Origin: Takakia lepidozioides
Lineage: Eukaryota; Plantae; Bryophyta
Direction of reading: 5' to 3'
Assembly (NCBI GenBank): GCA_030704615.1
Contig: CM060734.1
Span: forward strand, 13,082,001 to 13,146,000
DNA length: 64,000 nucleotides
Shown piece after piece: positions 63,254 through 64,000 of this stretch. Position numbers and translations under genes: made by a program. How positions within the stretch are numbered: the first letter of the stretch is position 1; each line of letters starts with the position of its first letter. The notes below the pieces were generated by a model. It ran no database searches. It was given only the letters and a program-made list of their open reading frames with translations, and was not told the DNA's origin.

Positions 63254-64000
63254 TCCCCCCGAGACGACTTCATCCGACGGGCCTCGTATGGAAATTCGGC
63301 GCCGTTTTTCCATCCGGGGGATGTTCTCTGTCGGCCAGGTGTCGGCCTCTCCCCACGAGACGACTTCACCCGAACGGCCTCGTATGGAAATTCGGCGCTG
63401 TTTTTCCATCCGAGGGATGTTCTCTGTTGGGCAGGTGTCGGCCTCTCCCCCCGAAATGACTTCATCCGACGGGCCTCGTATGGAAATCCGGCGCCGTTTT
63501 TCCATCCAGGGGATATTCTCTGTCGACCAGGTGTCAGCCTCTCCCCCCGAGACAACTTCATCCGAACGGCCTCGGATGGAAATTCGCCGCCATTTTTTCA
63601 TCCGAGGGATGTTCTCTGTCGGGCAGGTGTCGTCCTCTCCCCACGAGACGACTTCATCCGAACGGCCTCGGATGGAAATTCGGCGCCGTTTTTCCATCCG
63701 AGGGATATTCTCTGTCGGCCAGTCCCCCCGAGACAACTTCGTCCGACGGGCCTCGTATGGAAATTCGGCGCCGTTTTGCCATCCGGGGGATATTCTTTGT
63801 AGGCCAGGTGTCGGTCTCTCCCCCCGAGACAACTTCATCCGAACGGCCTCGGATGGAGATTCGGCACCGTTTTTCCATCCGGGGGATGTTCTCTGTTGGC
63901 CAGGTGTCGGCCTCTCCCCCCGAGACGACTTCATCCGACGGGCCTCGCATGAAAATTCGGCGCCATTTTTCCATCCGTGGGATGTTCTCTGTCGGCCAGG
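63254..64000. repeat. Tandem array of ~8 x 96-bp CpG-rich units with an imperfect palindrome GGATGGAAA-TT-CGGCGCCG-TT-TTTCCATCC
   Basis: gagacgacttc recurs at 63261, 63357 and onward. Preceded by two copies of a related ~74-bp unit (63122-63253). Runs off the window end. Confidence 0.93.

Larger units (their letters stand above)
60492..64000 (-). mobile_element. Second, diverged methyltransferase-carrying MULE; continues beyond the window
   Basis: Terminus GGGGGCTGCTATTTCATGAGC matches the element-1 right end (GGGGGGTGCTATTCCGTGAGC); homologous methyltransferase gene. Its transposase is not within the window. Confidence 0.75.

Noticed and set aside
63137-63974. Repeat-protein ORFs (265, 187 and 125 aa)
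   Set aside because: A by-product of a 96-bp (multiple of three) GC-rich repeat that is open in several frames on both strands.

Overview
This is eukaryotic, intron-containing, transposon-dense DNA from a non-flowering land plant. That placement is an inference from a plant-type ClpS1 gene and a fragment of a flavodiiron (FLV) gene, a family lost in angiosperms. The only apparently intact host gene is chloroplast ClpS1 (~47.7-49.1 kb). The rest is nested transposons: three Ty3/gypsy remnants, an IS3EU-like DDE transposase, a ~5.3-kb block of host-gene fragments (AKR2A, FLV, F-box, RPT4) between inverted repeat arrays, a CACTA remnant, CRE- and APE-type LINE fragments and a solo LTR. The most notable signal is a Mutator-like (MULE) family represented three times. 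(1) A full-length ~12-kb element (32102-44109, 9-bp TSD) carries a GCM-like/DDE/SWIM transposase, a 21-copy array of 36-bp palindromes, and a divergently oriented spliced cargo gene. That gene fuses a ParB/Srx-like domain to a prokaryote-type beta-class N4C/N6A DNA methyltransferase fold with an unusual DIPDG motif IV. (2) A diverged relative (60492 to window end) has the same methyltransferase gene and a different palindromic array. (3) A 1.1-kb non-autonomous element has the same terminal motif and its own palindromes. The layout recalls VANDAL/VANC anti-silencing MULEs, but with a DNA amino-methyltransferase as cargo. Both cargo genes are pseudogenised. All protein assignments come from motif recognition by eye, not database searches.
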